Source: Ascidiella aspersa
Taxonomy: Eukaryota
Assembly: GCA_963924565.1 (NCBI GenBank)
Contig: OZ004613.1
Span: forward strand, 23,064,001 to 23,128,000
DNA: 64,000 nt
Direction of reading: 5' to 3'
Part shown: in pieces, positions 51,060 to 64,000 of the stretch
How the letters are laid out: every line of letters starts with the position of its first letter
How positions within the stretch are numbered: position 1 is the stretch's first letter
Translations under genes and position numbers: made by a program
The notes under the pieces: generated by a model
Seen by the model: only the letters and a program-made list of their open reading frames with translations
What the model was told of the DNA's origin: nothing
The model's database searches: none

Positions 51060-53803
51060 CGTTGGAAATCACAAAATGTATTTTAAGTAGCCTAGTCGCA
51101 AAGTTGCCCCTAAAAAATCACGAAACTAGCTATTCTATGAAACATAAGTACAGCAATGGCTTTCGGTATACTAACTTCTGTTATTATTCATCATGTATAA
51201 AGATAAGCATTGTCATTCACCATCTAATAGTTTAACGCCACTCCTTCCAAAAATCCGACACGTTGATTTTGCCGAATTCCAAAGTGTTGGATGTTAAAAT
51301 ATTGTGCCTCAATTTTTCCAAGTTTTCGTTCTCAGTTAAATTTGTCAACTTACAGCAGCTCAAAAAACAAAGCAATTACTATTCCTTTAAGTTAAACAGT
51401 CGCGTAACAGCCAGAACCCAACAAAACTCGCCAACGCGAAGCCAAACATTGCGGGGCCCGGTATGCAGGCAAGCAAACGAGCTCCTATAGTTCTCTACGG
51501 AATTGCAGCACCGGCAGGTGAGCCAGGAAAGCGACCGCGTCGAGATTGGCTGTCGAAAGCGACACCGCGGTCCAGCTGCTTGGCAAGGACCTGTAACTTG
51601 TCGGAGCTCTGTGTAATCGTATCGTAAGCACCGGTGCGCCTCGAGTGCGGCCAGTGCCGGATTTCTCCAATTAAGAATTAGACAAAATTCTTTTGTTACT
51701 TTTACCCGTGCCCCCTAACCCACCTATCACCCCCACCGCCGCCGCTACTGCACACGCAAAGACCCCGCGGGGAGGGGTAAGTTTCCTGCCTATTTCGTGC
51801 AAACACCTAAACCGCGTTTTGCTTTGTTTTGCGATACGACCCACACAATGCATTTTTATGAGACTTTATCAATTCGGACAAATTGCAGTTGTAGCCCTAC
51901 ACGCTGTTTTTTATCCACTGGGTGTTTTTTCTAAAGGAAAATTACTTTTATTTATTTTTTGGAGTTTTGTATAAAGCGGCTATATTGGATTGAATAATAG
52001 CCTAAGGCACATTGTTAATTTTTTGATTAAATAAGCTTTAGTATGGTTTCAGGTTTGTTTCTGTTTTTGTTACATAACACTTTTGTATAAAATTTATCCG
52101 ATTTCATTGCAAGTCAAACTGCAATTTGTTGTAGTTTGAACATTAACGTACCGAGCATCAAAGCCATAATCAAAGTTCAGTTTCGTCTATGTATAGTAAA
52201 ACAAATTGAGGCCAAAGAAAGGTGCTCCTCAAGATTACGACTAAAACGCACTAAATGCTAAATTACTGAGGACTATCTCGGTCACAAGGGATAACAATCA
52301 TTTCCTAAACATTCCTTTGAGAAATGTTAAATAAATAAATGTATTCTGCTTGGTTTTAAGTCACATATAGCACTTTTTGTGACCATATGGCCAATTTAAA
52401 CAAGTGCGTAATACAAATCGGATTTATCCGGTTTTAAATGACGTAATTTGTTATTGGAGAGATGACTTTTTCACGTGAAATCGGCCTAAAACAGTCCACA
52501 CCAAAACAAGTTAGAATAAATATTTTCGTCATGAGAAATCCTCTCGCGATATTTGAAAAGCGTTGGCGGTTGCTCCTAAGAATCAATCTTGAATAGACAA
52601 AGGAAAGTCAAGGCGGTCGCTGCGGTTTCTCCTTTCGGTTACTTTTCCCTATGGTCGCTGTACAGTTACCAATTGCCTCTTCGTTTAGCATAAGATGGTC
52701 CATAAATAAACACTTGCTTGTTTGCTGACTAACTGGTTCGCAGACTGTAAACACCGGCCGGCCATAGAATGCTCAGGACATAGGGCGCCAACCAGTATTC
52801 CGGGGTGCTCTTAGTACTGTTGGGGCGCTCCTTACCCCTTTTCGGCCCCACTTCGGGGGTATAAGTTTACCCGACCCACCCGAAGCCCGCGTAGAAAGTT
52901 TTCCCAGAGTTTCGTGTCGAAACGCGACACTGTGAATCACCCCATGGGCCCCTTCCGGAACGATGGATGGGACCTCGTCAGGAAACTGTGACAGCCTGAT
53001 CGATTGCCTTCTTGTAAACACGATCGGGCACTTTGCTTTTGCACCGGATGTTTAGTTACTGCTGCCGGGTGTCGAAGGGCCTGATGATCTGGTTTCGTTT
53101 CAGGGGGACATCCTAATTTGTTTTCTTTTAATGTCGTGTTGCTTTAAAAAAGTTGAATTAAAAGTTGTTCTCCTGACAAATATTTTTGTTATTTGCTAAT
53201 GTTTCGACGATCTATTAGAAAAGAAATGTTTATCAGGTCACTTGTATTCGAAATTGCAAGATAAAGTCTGCACATATAAGAAATATTTTTGTTGGACTAA
53301 CAATTTTGTATTGAACTTTTTTATCATGGGGATTCGCCTATTTATTCAGATATATTGCCATAATTTTCCTGACTTCATAATAAAAACAACTATAAAAAAC
53401 AATTATAGATCTGAGAGCAAATTTAAAAATAATTTTGTATAATATATAGAAAACATTCCGTTATAAAATTCCGTATTTCCCATGATACTGTTTGTCAAAT
53501 TAGACAGGGATGTCGTGGTTTTGCAATAACGTCCATGTATACTTTAGATTGAAGTCCACAAAGTGGGACATTCGTAGCAGGAAAATTCGAAGGAAATTCG
53601 TTAGCATGGCATGGCTTTTTGACACCCAAATGACGTCATTTTGGTTCACCCAATCCACATGGGATGCCAACGATCGCTCCAAATTTTCCGCTCCGTTGCT
53701 AGAATGAGTCAAGCACTTGCGATCCCAAGCAGCAAAAGCGGTATTGCGCAAAAAAGAGAAGATTGAAAACGCCGGGGACGACATAATTACTCTTGCCCAG
53801 GCT

Positions 53804-54046
53804 CGTGAGAAAATGACAAACCGGTGCGAGGGGACACTTGTTGGCTTGAGCGTTTAGGAAGCGGAATTCAATCAGGCGTATGCGACCCCTGACTGAATAG
53901 AAGGCCTTGCCTCGTATAGGGCGAGCATTGACGACTTTGCCGCGGCCCAGAGCACTCTCGATTGCTGGCCGGGGATCGCGTTACAACGACCCAGTGCAAA
54001 CGCCCGGCCAACTGCAACAGCCGACTTGCGCATTAGCGAAATTATC
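53804..54046 (-). repeat. Mirror element B, right copy
   Basis: Reverse complement of 1545-1791. Confidence 0.93.
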
Positions 54047-54111
54047 CGCCGGTTTTGGGCCGAAAAACGCTCGTAATGGAGATTTGCGTTCACGGGTTGG
54101 TGCCTCGCTTT

Positions 54112-54730
54112 CACAAGTGTTGGCCCTCTCGCGCTAACAAGGATGCGTCTTGATGAGCCTGGTTTTGAACTTGTTGAACATTTTCGAAGAAGCGAACACC
54201 TCTAACTTATATTATTTGTTTAATTTAATGTATTTTATTACCTCTCCCGATTTAATGTGTTTGTACACAAGTGTTGGTTCGCTTGCGCTAACGAGGATTC
54301 GCCTTGATGAGTCCAACATTTTCAAAGGAGCGAACACTTCTAACTTTGAAAACGAATAATGTATAATATGTAGTTTTATTACCTCTCTCGATTATTGTGT
54401 TATTCCCTGTCGATTTAATATGTTTCTACACAAGTGTTGGCACGCTCGCGTTAACAAGGATTCGCCCTGATGAGCCTGGTTTTTTTAACACTTCTAACTT
54501 GGAAAATGATTAACGTATATGTAGTTTTATTACCTCTGTCGATTTAATGTTTTTTCTTTGTCGATTTAATGTGTTTATACACAAGTATCGGCTCGCTTGT
54601 GCTGAGAAGGATTCGCCCCGATGAGCCTGATTTTTGATTTGTTGCACATTTTCGAAGGGGCGAATATTTTTGATTTTGAAAATGAATGATGTAATGTAGT
54701 TTTATTATATCTGTCAATTTCAAGTGTTGT
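54112..54730. repeat. Degenerate tandem repeat, about 4 units of 140-163 bp
   Basis: Units start CACAAGT at 54112, 54266, 54429 and 54580. Each contains aggat(t)cg...gatgag and ttttatta blocks. Confidence 0.85.
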
Positions 54731-55029
54731 TCTCTCACGATTAGTGAAGTAAGTGTTGCATCCGAATTACACAAAGCTAAGCAATCCATTCGACTTGACG
54801 TTTTCTGAATTAACATATGTCAGCCATGTAGCGACGACCTTTCACAGAACGCAAACTATTTCCACTTACCAAGGGTGATTTCGCGACGATTTAGAGATTT
54901 CTTATTATGTCTTACTACAACCTCCAACCATTATGCTCCAAAGATTTAGAGATTGTTTTTCGGAACGGTCGAAATCTCCCACAAAAGCCCCCATTGTCCA
55001 AAATCCAAAACTTGGTCCGAAAACTAGCG

Positions 55030-55048
55030 CCCCCCCCCCCCCCCCCCC
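55030..55048. repeat. Poly-C tract (C19)
   Basis: Read directly from the sequence. Confidence 0.9.
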
Positions 55049-58000
55049 GCCGTATCACCGCGACATAACACGGATTACGGGCTCCGTGATGTTTTCGCGT
55101 TTCCTCCAAAATAAAGACGCGAAGCCGCGGCAGGTCGGGCAGTGAACTTTGCCTTGGTCAGGCCGCGTCACTCAACTGTTCGCTTTGTGCCTGGGGCCGG
55201 ACGCCGTCGACGCCCCCCTCCCGTTTTCGTGGGTGACAAAAATGCGGGAAAGGATTTGGTCACGTGTGTTGTCGATAGATTGGTGTCGCCGTCGGTCGAA
55301 CAATAATCTCTTTTTTGAGGAATGCGATGTATTCACGGTATATTTCTTTCACTGTCGTGCACGCCTTTGGATTGAACAGCTGCTCTACTTTCCGTGGATA
55401 TAGGTGACCTCTACGTGGCATTCTTTTTAATTTTTTCTAACTATTGATTGATCGTCGACCTTGTATGGAATAAAGGAAAATAAACTAAAACGGCATTTTT
55501 TTGTTTAAACGTATAGCAATCTTATATCGATAGATAGCACGTTAATTTCCGGGCTGCACGATTATTCCACTATGTCATAAAAAAAACGTTCACACTTACA
55601 CAAAATAAATGTCGTTAGATTTCTCAGAAGAATACGATAAACTAAAACACATTTTCTATGCTACAACATAAGAATGACACAGTGAAACGATGACGACCAA
55701 TATTCGATAAATTTTGTGAAGCTTTTTGGGGATGTTTCAATTCTGGCACACAGCATGAGTTCCTAACATAATGGATTGTTTGTAAAGTAATGGAAAATTT
55801 TATTGTCATAAAGTGTGTGTATCTTGACAATTGCAATGGATATTTTGGAAATGTTTAGCACTGCAAACAAATGTAGATACGAGTTTACATTTTTAAGCAA
55901 AGTGTGCGAATACCTCGCAATGACCACGGTTAAAATTGATAAATCAACTGATCACTTTTCCGAATTTACTGCTCGAACTATATGCCACCAGCCATAGCTA
56001 TTCACAGAGGCACAACGTCATCGTTTAACAGCAATTAAGGCGGGGTATAATACCGACGTGAATGGCTTCGATGCGCGCTCCATTTGCTCTGGCTGCCAAA
56101 CATCCACAGGTGCCAGGGCAACGACCAAAGGCAGAGGGCTCAAAAAGGAAAGATTAATTTAAATCTGACCATCCCCTTATTATTTCATCAACGGGTGCCC
56201 GCGGCCGCTCTTCCGTTGACAGATAATAAGCCCAAACACGCAAACCACCGGTAGAAGACCAATGCGTGTAAGTAAAGAGGGATGGGGGTCGGGAAGAAGA
56301 CCGCTCGTCATCGTCACACAGTTGTTTTGAATCGCCTCGTCACGGTTTCACTTAATTTCTCGCCTCGACGAATGCGCGCAGTGAACGCTATAATATAGGG
56401 CCGCGGCTGAACCCCGAGCAGAAGCGTAGACACCGCAAGTCGACAGATTTTCGCCGCTGTCGCACTTGAAAGGCGGCGGTTTTTGTGTGCACCCCGCCCG
56501 CTCGCTTACCCTTTACCCCTCTCCGTAAACACCCGCTCGAATTGTTGTTAGGACGAGCGACGTTTTTTAGGCAAACTCTTAACCGCCGAACCATTTTTTT
56601 TAAGAAAACACATGTGCGTGTGTTTATTTATTTCTGAGTTTGTTTATTATGTGAGCATGAGTTTTATGTATAGGTGAAATAGTTTCGTAGGCAACTCTCG
56701 CGTAAAATAAAGTACAAGGAAAAGATTCTTGCTTTCGAAACAGTTGTTGTTTACTATGTTTAGTAAAACCAGGTTTAAAGGATATAACCATTTCTTAAAA
56801 TTTACAGAAGTATGCCCTTATACTTTTTGTACGAATAAAGCAACCCATAGTAAAATTCTCAAAAGGTAGTTTTTTTGTATGAACGTTTATGTTTTTTTCA
56901 TGCGTGTCTTTCTGTTGTTGTGTTTTTCAGTGTGTGTTTCTATACGTGCTAGTGTGTAAATGTGTGCCAGTGTGTTCATATTCAAACGTGTCCACAGCCC
57001 AGAGAATCTACATAGTGCCCCATGTAGCAGCGCAACCGCTTATTTTGCACCACAAAGTTCGGGCTACGGTACAGGGAAACTCTTAACCTCCAAACCATCT
57101 TTTTCCACGAAAATCCATGTGCGTGCGTATGTTCTTTTACTCCTGTGTTTTTGTGATTATGTGTGTATGGCTTTTACGTAAAGCTGAAATATTTTCGTAC
57201 GAATTTCTCACCGAAAATAAATTCTTGCTTTTCAAAAATAGTGTTCGTTTGTGTTGGTGTCCATATCCAAACGTGCCTATAGCCCAGGACATTTACACAG
57301 CACAGTGCCCCATATAGCCCCGTCAAACGCGTTTCTTTTACCTCATGAAATTCAGGAGACGGCACCTGTCGTAGTGAGCTTATGTGGAGTGGCGGGGCAA
57401 GTTTATGGGAGAGTTGTCGTGGCGTGCGACCCAACACCTGTCCAGCAAGAGTCCGTCGCCGCCCTGCTTCGATTTATTTGTTGACGAGCACCAATCACAG
57501 GCCAAGCGTCGCCCTGTTTGTGAAGGCGTCAAGAAGATTCTGGAAAGGCGCGGAGGAATTAATGCCCCTTTACTCCCTATGCCAGTTATTGTCACCTGTG
57601 CATCGACCGCGATCGAATTAAACCGGTTCCGGTGCTATTTTAGCGCGATTATCTGCGCCTGATTTTCAATGAATAAGGCCACGCCTACGTGTCGTTGTTT
57701 TGCCGCCGAGGCCGCGGCGCCGTGACGCGGCATGTCACGCCTCGCTGTGTTTGCCGGTTGCCCGTGGCGACCAGGTGGCTGGTCGGATGACGGCGACGAC
57801 GTCACGGCCAAAGTCACCTCTGTCACCTTGACTGATGGGGTCTCTCGACTGCTGCGGTCCGGACCCCGCGTAGTATTGGATTTTTGCGGTATGCGAAAGT
57901 TAATTAAAGTTTACTTTCTGGCTGTGGGTGTATAGACGCACACAGCTGGTTAAACTCTCGTATGCAGACCTATATGTGAGTAGGAATGTTCCTTGTCGCA

Positions 58001-61000
58001 TTCCAGGCAAAAACGCGCTCAAGTAAAAAGAACTGTGGCTCATGAGAACCAGATTTTCATAAAAAGATCATAAAATTGCCAATGTCCGCTATTAATGAAA
58101 AAACTAATCGAAATTCTTTTAATATGTTATGTTTATGTGGTGTGGTGTGTGTGACGTTATATTTACCAATCCTAACGACCCAACATATTTTCTGACCATG
58201 TGTTACGATTTATGCTTAATGTTAACGCAAATCACAGTTTTCGCAAGTCGGCGTGGACAGACCAAATTTAAAATACAACTTCAAATCATACTTTTTTTAT
58301 TAAAAGCATGGATGTTGTTTTAGTGATTTTAAATTGTGTAGGCGTACAACATATTTTAAAACAAATGCCTTGAATTCCTAGCTAAAATATCTGAAATATT
58401 GAAATTAAACGTCTTACGTGCAAGGACCACATTTTGTCAACTGTAAGTCGTCGACAGTGACTTTTTGTAAATAGTTTAATCGAAGCGTTTAACCACGTAT
58501 GCCAACTTGAAAACCTGCGAGCAACAAATAGAAATAACTAAAAAAGAAAAGTGAATCGCAAATTGCTCGTTTTCGAGGGCAGGGCAAACAATCGGGTGCA
58601 CAGCGCCATGCCTGTCGATTAGTCATGTCGCCCCATACCTGCCCAGTAGAGTTCTTATCTGACAGGCAATTAAGCCAACCGCTCATGGAGGCATTAAGAG
58701 CGTCAGGTGAACGAAAGTTGCCTGCGCTTTGCTGCAGCAGCAGCATCGACAGTGTCGAAATGTTTGCTCGCCTGTCAATTGCTATCGGCGGCTATTGACT
58801 CCAGGCAAACCCCGCCTGTCGACCGGGCGAGCAAAATTGTCAACTGTTGGTTAAAGCCTGTTTGCTGACGCGGCCGCAAAACGGAAAAGTGCTACCAAAT
58901 TATGACGGCTAATTGCCACCGCGAGCGCCCGGTGTGCCCGTTTTCTGCTTAAATATTAATTTCGCCATGGCATAGCGAAGGTTCGCGTTTCTTTGTTTTA
59001 ACGCGTTGTCGATATAGTGATTGCAATAGGGCCACGGACCGGGTTAAACTACTAAAGGTTATCGGAATTCGGTGTTGGTTTGTGTCAATCGTTTGGACTT
59101 CGATAACCTCACCTTTAAATAGCTTCAACGCCGTGTTTGTCGTTGTTGGCTGTACTTGTCTGCTTGAATAATATAATTAACCTTTCTAAAGGTTTCCTGC
59201 AAATTCTGAACTTTTCCGTTTTATTTTATTGTTTAATTCTTCATTAGGCTATTTCTTTGTGTGCCTTCTATATCGACTTCCAATCAGTATATGATGCATT
59301 GCAACTGTCATCTGTTCACACAAAAAGTTGTGAAATGTCCAAATTTAAATTAAACAAGACACCAAGTGAGAGAAACTGTCAATCAAGTAATGCGAACAAC
59401 TTATTCAAATGCCAAGTATATGCGGGGTTTTAAAACACTTGTATGCAAGTTGCATTAGCATGGGAAGCTTTGTACAATTAGGCTACTTTATTGAGGTTAA
59501 CAATTGCTAAACAGAAATCCGGTAGCTCTCAGAGGAAACGAATGCAACTCTTTGTAACAACAGGTATATACAGACTACAACGAAACATGTAATAATTCTT
59601 TAAAAGCAAGAAACAAAACCTTTATTTAAATTAACTTAGTTCACTTGACCTATACCACTCAGTTTTGCCTATGTGCGATATCTGGGCCTGTTTGGATGAG
59701 AACAAAAATTTATCTTCGGGATGTATGGCAATCCTACTTTTACGCGGTCTTAGACAAAAATAAATTAGGCTTATCGCAATCGAAATTCCAAACTGGTGAC
59801 AGTGGATAATTTGGCATAAAATAAAAGCTACTTTCCATTGTGTTAAATCATTGATTTTCGACCTGTGTTCCATGGAACATTAAATGTCTTACAAACAAAT
59901 TTCTCGTGGAACACCTGACGATCTTCCACGTAAAACGGTTGAAAATCATTGTTCTAATGTATTTAACACTGGGTTTCGTTGGGAAACATGATTAATTAAA
60001 ATTTCAAATAAAAAAATGGGGTCAGTGGCTGCTTAAAGGGCACCAAAATGGATCCGCCAAGGCAAATAGTGTAACAGCCACTTCTCGAAAGTTGAAATCA
60101 AATATATACCGACCCGTCGTTAAAAAAACGCGCGCTAAAAACGAGGGGATCACAGCAAACGGCGAAAAACACATGTATTGCATGATTGGCGCCTGGCCCA
60201 TTTCGACGAAAGTTTTCGACGTCGACACTCGACCCAGTGGCCTTTCGCAGAACTGCGAGCAGGGCGCATTGGGATAGCTCCATAAACCGATCAATGGCGC
60301 GCTGGTACAGAGCTGCCTGGAATCAGCAAGACGCGTATCTGCGAATCTGCCCGTGCAGATCTCAGGCGCGAGGCGCGGCAAGAAATCCAGGCTCTGATTA
60401 ATAGCTTCCGTCGTTGGCGCGCACTACTTTGCTTCTCATTGTCGCAAACGGATGCAAACGGCACCCCTCCTCCAATCAGCCTCGTAATATGCCCTTATTG
60501 AAAGCGCGCCAGCGAAAACCCTTCTCCGAAAGTGCACCATTTGTTTCTCCCGCGATTTCGGCTAGGGGCGCGAAAATATTGCCTGCCGCGTCTTGGAAAG
60601 CTCATTATCTTGTCTGTCAAACGCCGGAGCCCCTTATGGGAGCACTTGATGTCCTTTCCTCTGTGCCAGAAGCCGAGCGTTGCAAGGCAAGGCGAGGATG
60701 CGATATTCGCTCACTTCCCCGAAAGACGTCAATAATCTGGTTGCACTGAAAATACATCGGTGCTGATTCTGAATGTCATATGCTGGTCTATGTTTTGTTT
60801 TTCGCTTTATCAGAATGCCAGCTTTGTCAAACCAAACACCATCAAGCCTAGGCGTCAAAACTACTTTGATTCATTTGTTCGATTATAAACTATTGCAGTT
60901 AAAATATCCATTCAGTTTTTAGATAATATTTAACCCAAATAGTGTATCTATCACTTACTTACTTTCCCGCGCCCCACGTAGAATAGTTAAAGCAATCCAC

Positions 61001-61734
61001 CATGTTATTCGAACAAAACAATGTGCATCTAAATAGGACAACATTAACATTCAGGAAAGGCCAAACGATAAGCGTTTAATGTTGTATACGAGTTGATCTA
61101 TCGTAGTCGTACCTATCCCATAGTATTGCTGAATAAATGTTAGACATTCCATTAATTGGTGGGCTTAAACTAGGCATTAATGCTGTTTTGTTGAACTCAA
61201 ACTTGACGGGTGAAGAAAAGACATGGTATGGATATGCTGTATGGACTACAGTTTACCTTAAAGTGATAAGTCTTGAAGGTTCAAAATATAATTGAAAATA
61301 TATAGGAGTGCTATGATTATCGTATATAATAAATGGTTGAAGATTTAGCTGAAACGACTGCCACCTGAAGATGTTGTCAGCATAGTTTTCCCATACTAGG
61401 CTCGGAATACTTTTAGTGCGTATATAGCTATATTTCAAAACTATATGTACGCCACAAACAATGTAATATATAGTATTTAGAATTTCGCTTTAGAAAGCAG
61501 GCCGTATTAGTTACTCGGCTTAAAAAGGTCAACGAAAGATCGCCCAATCTTTCAAGGTCAAATGCCAATCTTCTGGGCGAGGACTTGGCCGCCTTCTTGC
61601 GCGCCAAGGTCAAGTGGACGCGGATGCGCGAACGAAAAGGGGTATTTCAAGGTCACCCGACACCGGCGAAGGTATTTTTCAACGCTCAAGGCGCGATTTC
61701 GACCCGGTTTTCTGCTGCAAAAGAGTCTCTTGGC

Positions 61735-62220
61735 GAGTCGGGCACTTGGAGTTCACTTCGGCGTAAACCTCGTCGATCTGTTGAACGGCCTCGGGTAACA
61801 GCTTGACTGGCACCAAATTAGCCCGGCATTTCTTTTCAGCTGCGCCTTAAACCTTTAAACGCCGGCGGCTTTCGAGAAAGACGTGGGCGCGTGTACCCGT
61901 AAACAGCAATCCAAAGTTCCCGATGCCGGGTGCGGAGTGGGGCTAAAATGAAGGGGGGCACTTGGTCCGTGTTGTGTGCCGATCTTAAGTTTCACTTCCG
62001 ACCGCTTGTTTGCAAGAGGCCGCGATCGACGCGCATTTGCGTGCAAAGCCCGGTAACCTTATCGCGCAAACTTGCGCGCCGGGCGAAACCGATCCGCCGT
62101 CGGTCACACGCGCTGACCAGGGCCCTTTGAGAGCTCCCTGGGTGACGTCACTCTCTATTGTGGCAGCTATTTGACGACATAACACCAGGCACCCGGACCC
62201 CGGGGACGGGCACTTGTCCC
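61735..62220 (-). repeat. Mirror element A, right copy
   Basis: Reverse complement of 315-803. Confidence 0.95.
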
Positions 62221-64000
62221 GGTCTTGCCGACTAATCAGCATCAATCCTGATCGGGTTTCCATTCTTCGCCTTGGAATTTTTGCGCGCTTTGACAGAAAC
62301 GGCGGCTGTTATTCTGTGCCATCGGAATTTCCTGTTGCGACGTTTTTTTTAGATAATTTGGAAAAAAAAATCGTGATTATTTCCTTGCAGAATAGGCGAA
62401 TCCGTTTTATAATAAATTCCACCCAAAACACTATGGTCGTGCGTTATTTTTGTTTAATTTGGAAAATCACCAAAATTCCTAGAATAAAAAGTCTTTAGCC
62501 TGTATTTTTTTTAAAACGAGCCTTTCGTGTATTTACGTCTAACTATTATGTAATTTTGTTGTGAAAATCTCATATTGCAGAAACTGAAACTGCAACGAGA
62601 AGCGCGCAAATGTTTTTATCAAAAAAGTATGTAAGTATAATAAGCGCACTTCTCTCATTTCATTTATGCCTGAAAATAACCTGTTTAGTTTTTTTTTAAA
62701 TATTGGTTAAACAGCATTTACAAGCCGTTGGGACCACAAGGTTTCAAATAATTTCATATAGATGTCTCCACGACTTAAGTTTAGTGAGCCAGGTTCTTGT
62801 TCACAAAGTACCAACATCATCATGGGCAAGGCCAGACCCAGGAAACGGGGAAGGTGAAAATTTTGAGGGTTGTGATCGTACCGTGACGTCTTATAACAAT
62901 TGATCTTTAATATAACCGTTGTAAAAAAATAATGCCGTTCATTTAGTTTAAATTGGCAAAACGTTTCAACTTAAAAGAACACGTGAGACTCGCACATTGA
63001 TCACAATACCAACACTTAAAGTTTTATTTAACAGAACTTGCACGTTGTATAGAGTTTATGGCACATAATAACTATAACGTTTCATATCTTTCTCCATTTA
63101 ACAAGGCCGCCTTATAAATAATTTTATTTACAGATACGCAACGAATCCTAGAAAAACAGGCCGTTGTAAGGGATCCGGCTCCTTTAGAATTTTAGATATA
63201 CCGGACGAAGTGGGCCGCTGCATGTGGGTCTCAACGCAGAAGCAGCTCACTTCGTTTATTTTTTGACGCCTTGACAAATCACAACATCTGGCCTTTTCAC
63301 GGCCGCTGCCAATCCGTCTAAACCTGACCAGGCGATCAAAACAGACCGGCGGAGTAATGCCAAACGTAAGGTTGGTTTAGTAGCTGGTCTCCTATGATAA
63401 TCGTCGTAATGTTTGTATGATCTCCGTAATTTTGGTGAAAGTGTGGATTTTCGACTCACGACCGAGATTCATTTCGTAAAAAAAAAAACTTATTTTCTTG
63501 TTTGTTCGATGTTTTCAATTGTAGCTGTTATGGTTTGTATTTGCCACAATGTAGCGATCCCGGTTAGTTACGTTTTAACCAAACTAAACTAATGTTTACT
63601 ATAAAGTAAAAATGTGTTACCTAAGAAACTGTATTATAAAGGAGGATGGCTATTTTGCTTTTAAAATTAACGCTGTGAGATATAAATAACATAAAACTAT
63701 TTCACAAGTACTTCTTCTCAACGCATACTGCAGTCTTAGAATTCTCTTGATTATGAGCTATGACAAATATATACATTTTTGCATATTAAAAATTCAGAAA
63801 TTGTTCTGAGATTTACAGAGTTTGCAAGAGAGACGCTTGGTGACTTTCGCAACTCGACGTTACTCGTCGCTTAAGCTTAACATAAGACAATCAGTGGATT
63901 AATGCACTAATAAAAAAATCATACATATGCATAAAAATATATTGTTCACAACTGATCTACGGTAAAATAGAGTTGCATAATAAAAAACAGGCCTTTATTA

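Noticed and set aside
54112-54730. CRISPR-like array
   Set aside because: Whole units are homologous with no unique spacers, the context is eukaryotic, and there are no cas genes.
315-62220. Giant DNA transposon (Polinton/Maverick-like) with 490-bp TIRs
   Set aside because: There is no transposase, integrase, PolB or capsid ORF and no TSD. The internal nested pairs and a host developmental gene argue for segmental duplication.
62760-63460. Possible exons of a neighbouring gene at the right end
   Set aside because: Short ORFs with no recognisable homology or consistent splice signals.

Overview
AT-rich eukaryotic (animal) DNA, most likely an ascidian/tunicate. That assignment is inferred from the gene type and the MITE-like repeats. 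Only one protein-coding gene is supported: a minus-strand, multi-exon Blimp-1/PRDM1-related C2H2 zinc-finger repressor (CDS about 31440->27996, about 618 aa). It has only three fingers and no intact PR/SET domain, but carries an eh1-like motif and a DSGYGS degron-like motif. The rest is a gene desert of short GC/CpG-rich non-coding islands separated by AT-rich spacers, with many hAT-like MITEs, a Penelope GIY-YIG relic and simple repeats. The main unexplained structure is a mirror arrangement. Up to seven GC-rich islands in the first 9 kb have inverted counterparts at 33.5-62.2 kb (the gene's upstream region), in strictly nested order: 0.3<->62.2, 1.5<->54.0, 4.3<->51.0, 5.3<->49.4, 6.0<->46.0, 7.4<->39.1 and 8.6<->33.8 kb. 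Identity runs from about 95% down to motif-only, spacers do not align, and no second coding copy of the gene is present. This looks like a duplicated, possibly homogenised, enhancer landscape bracketing one developmental regulator. All alignments and identities were estimated by eye.
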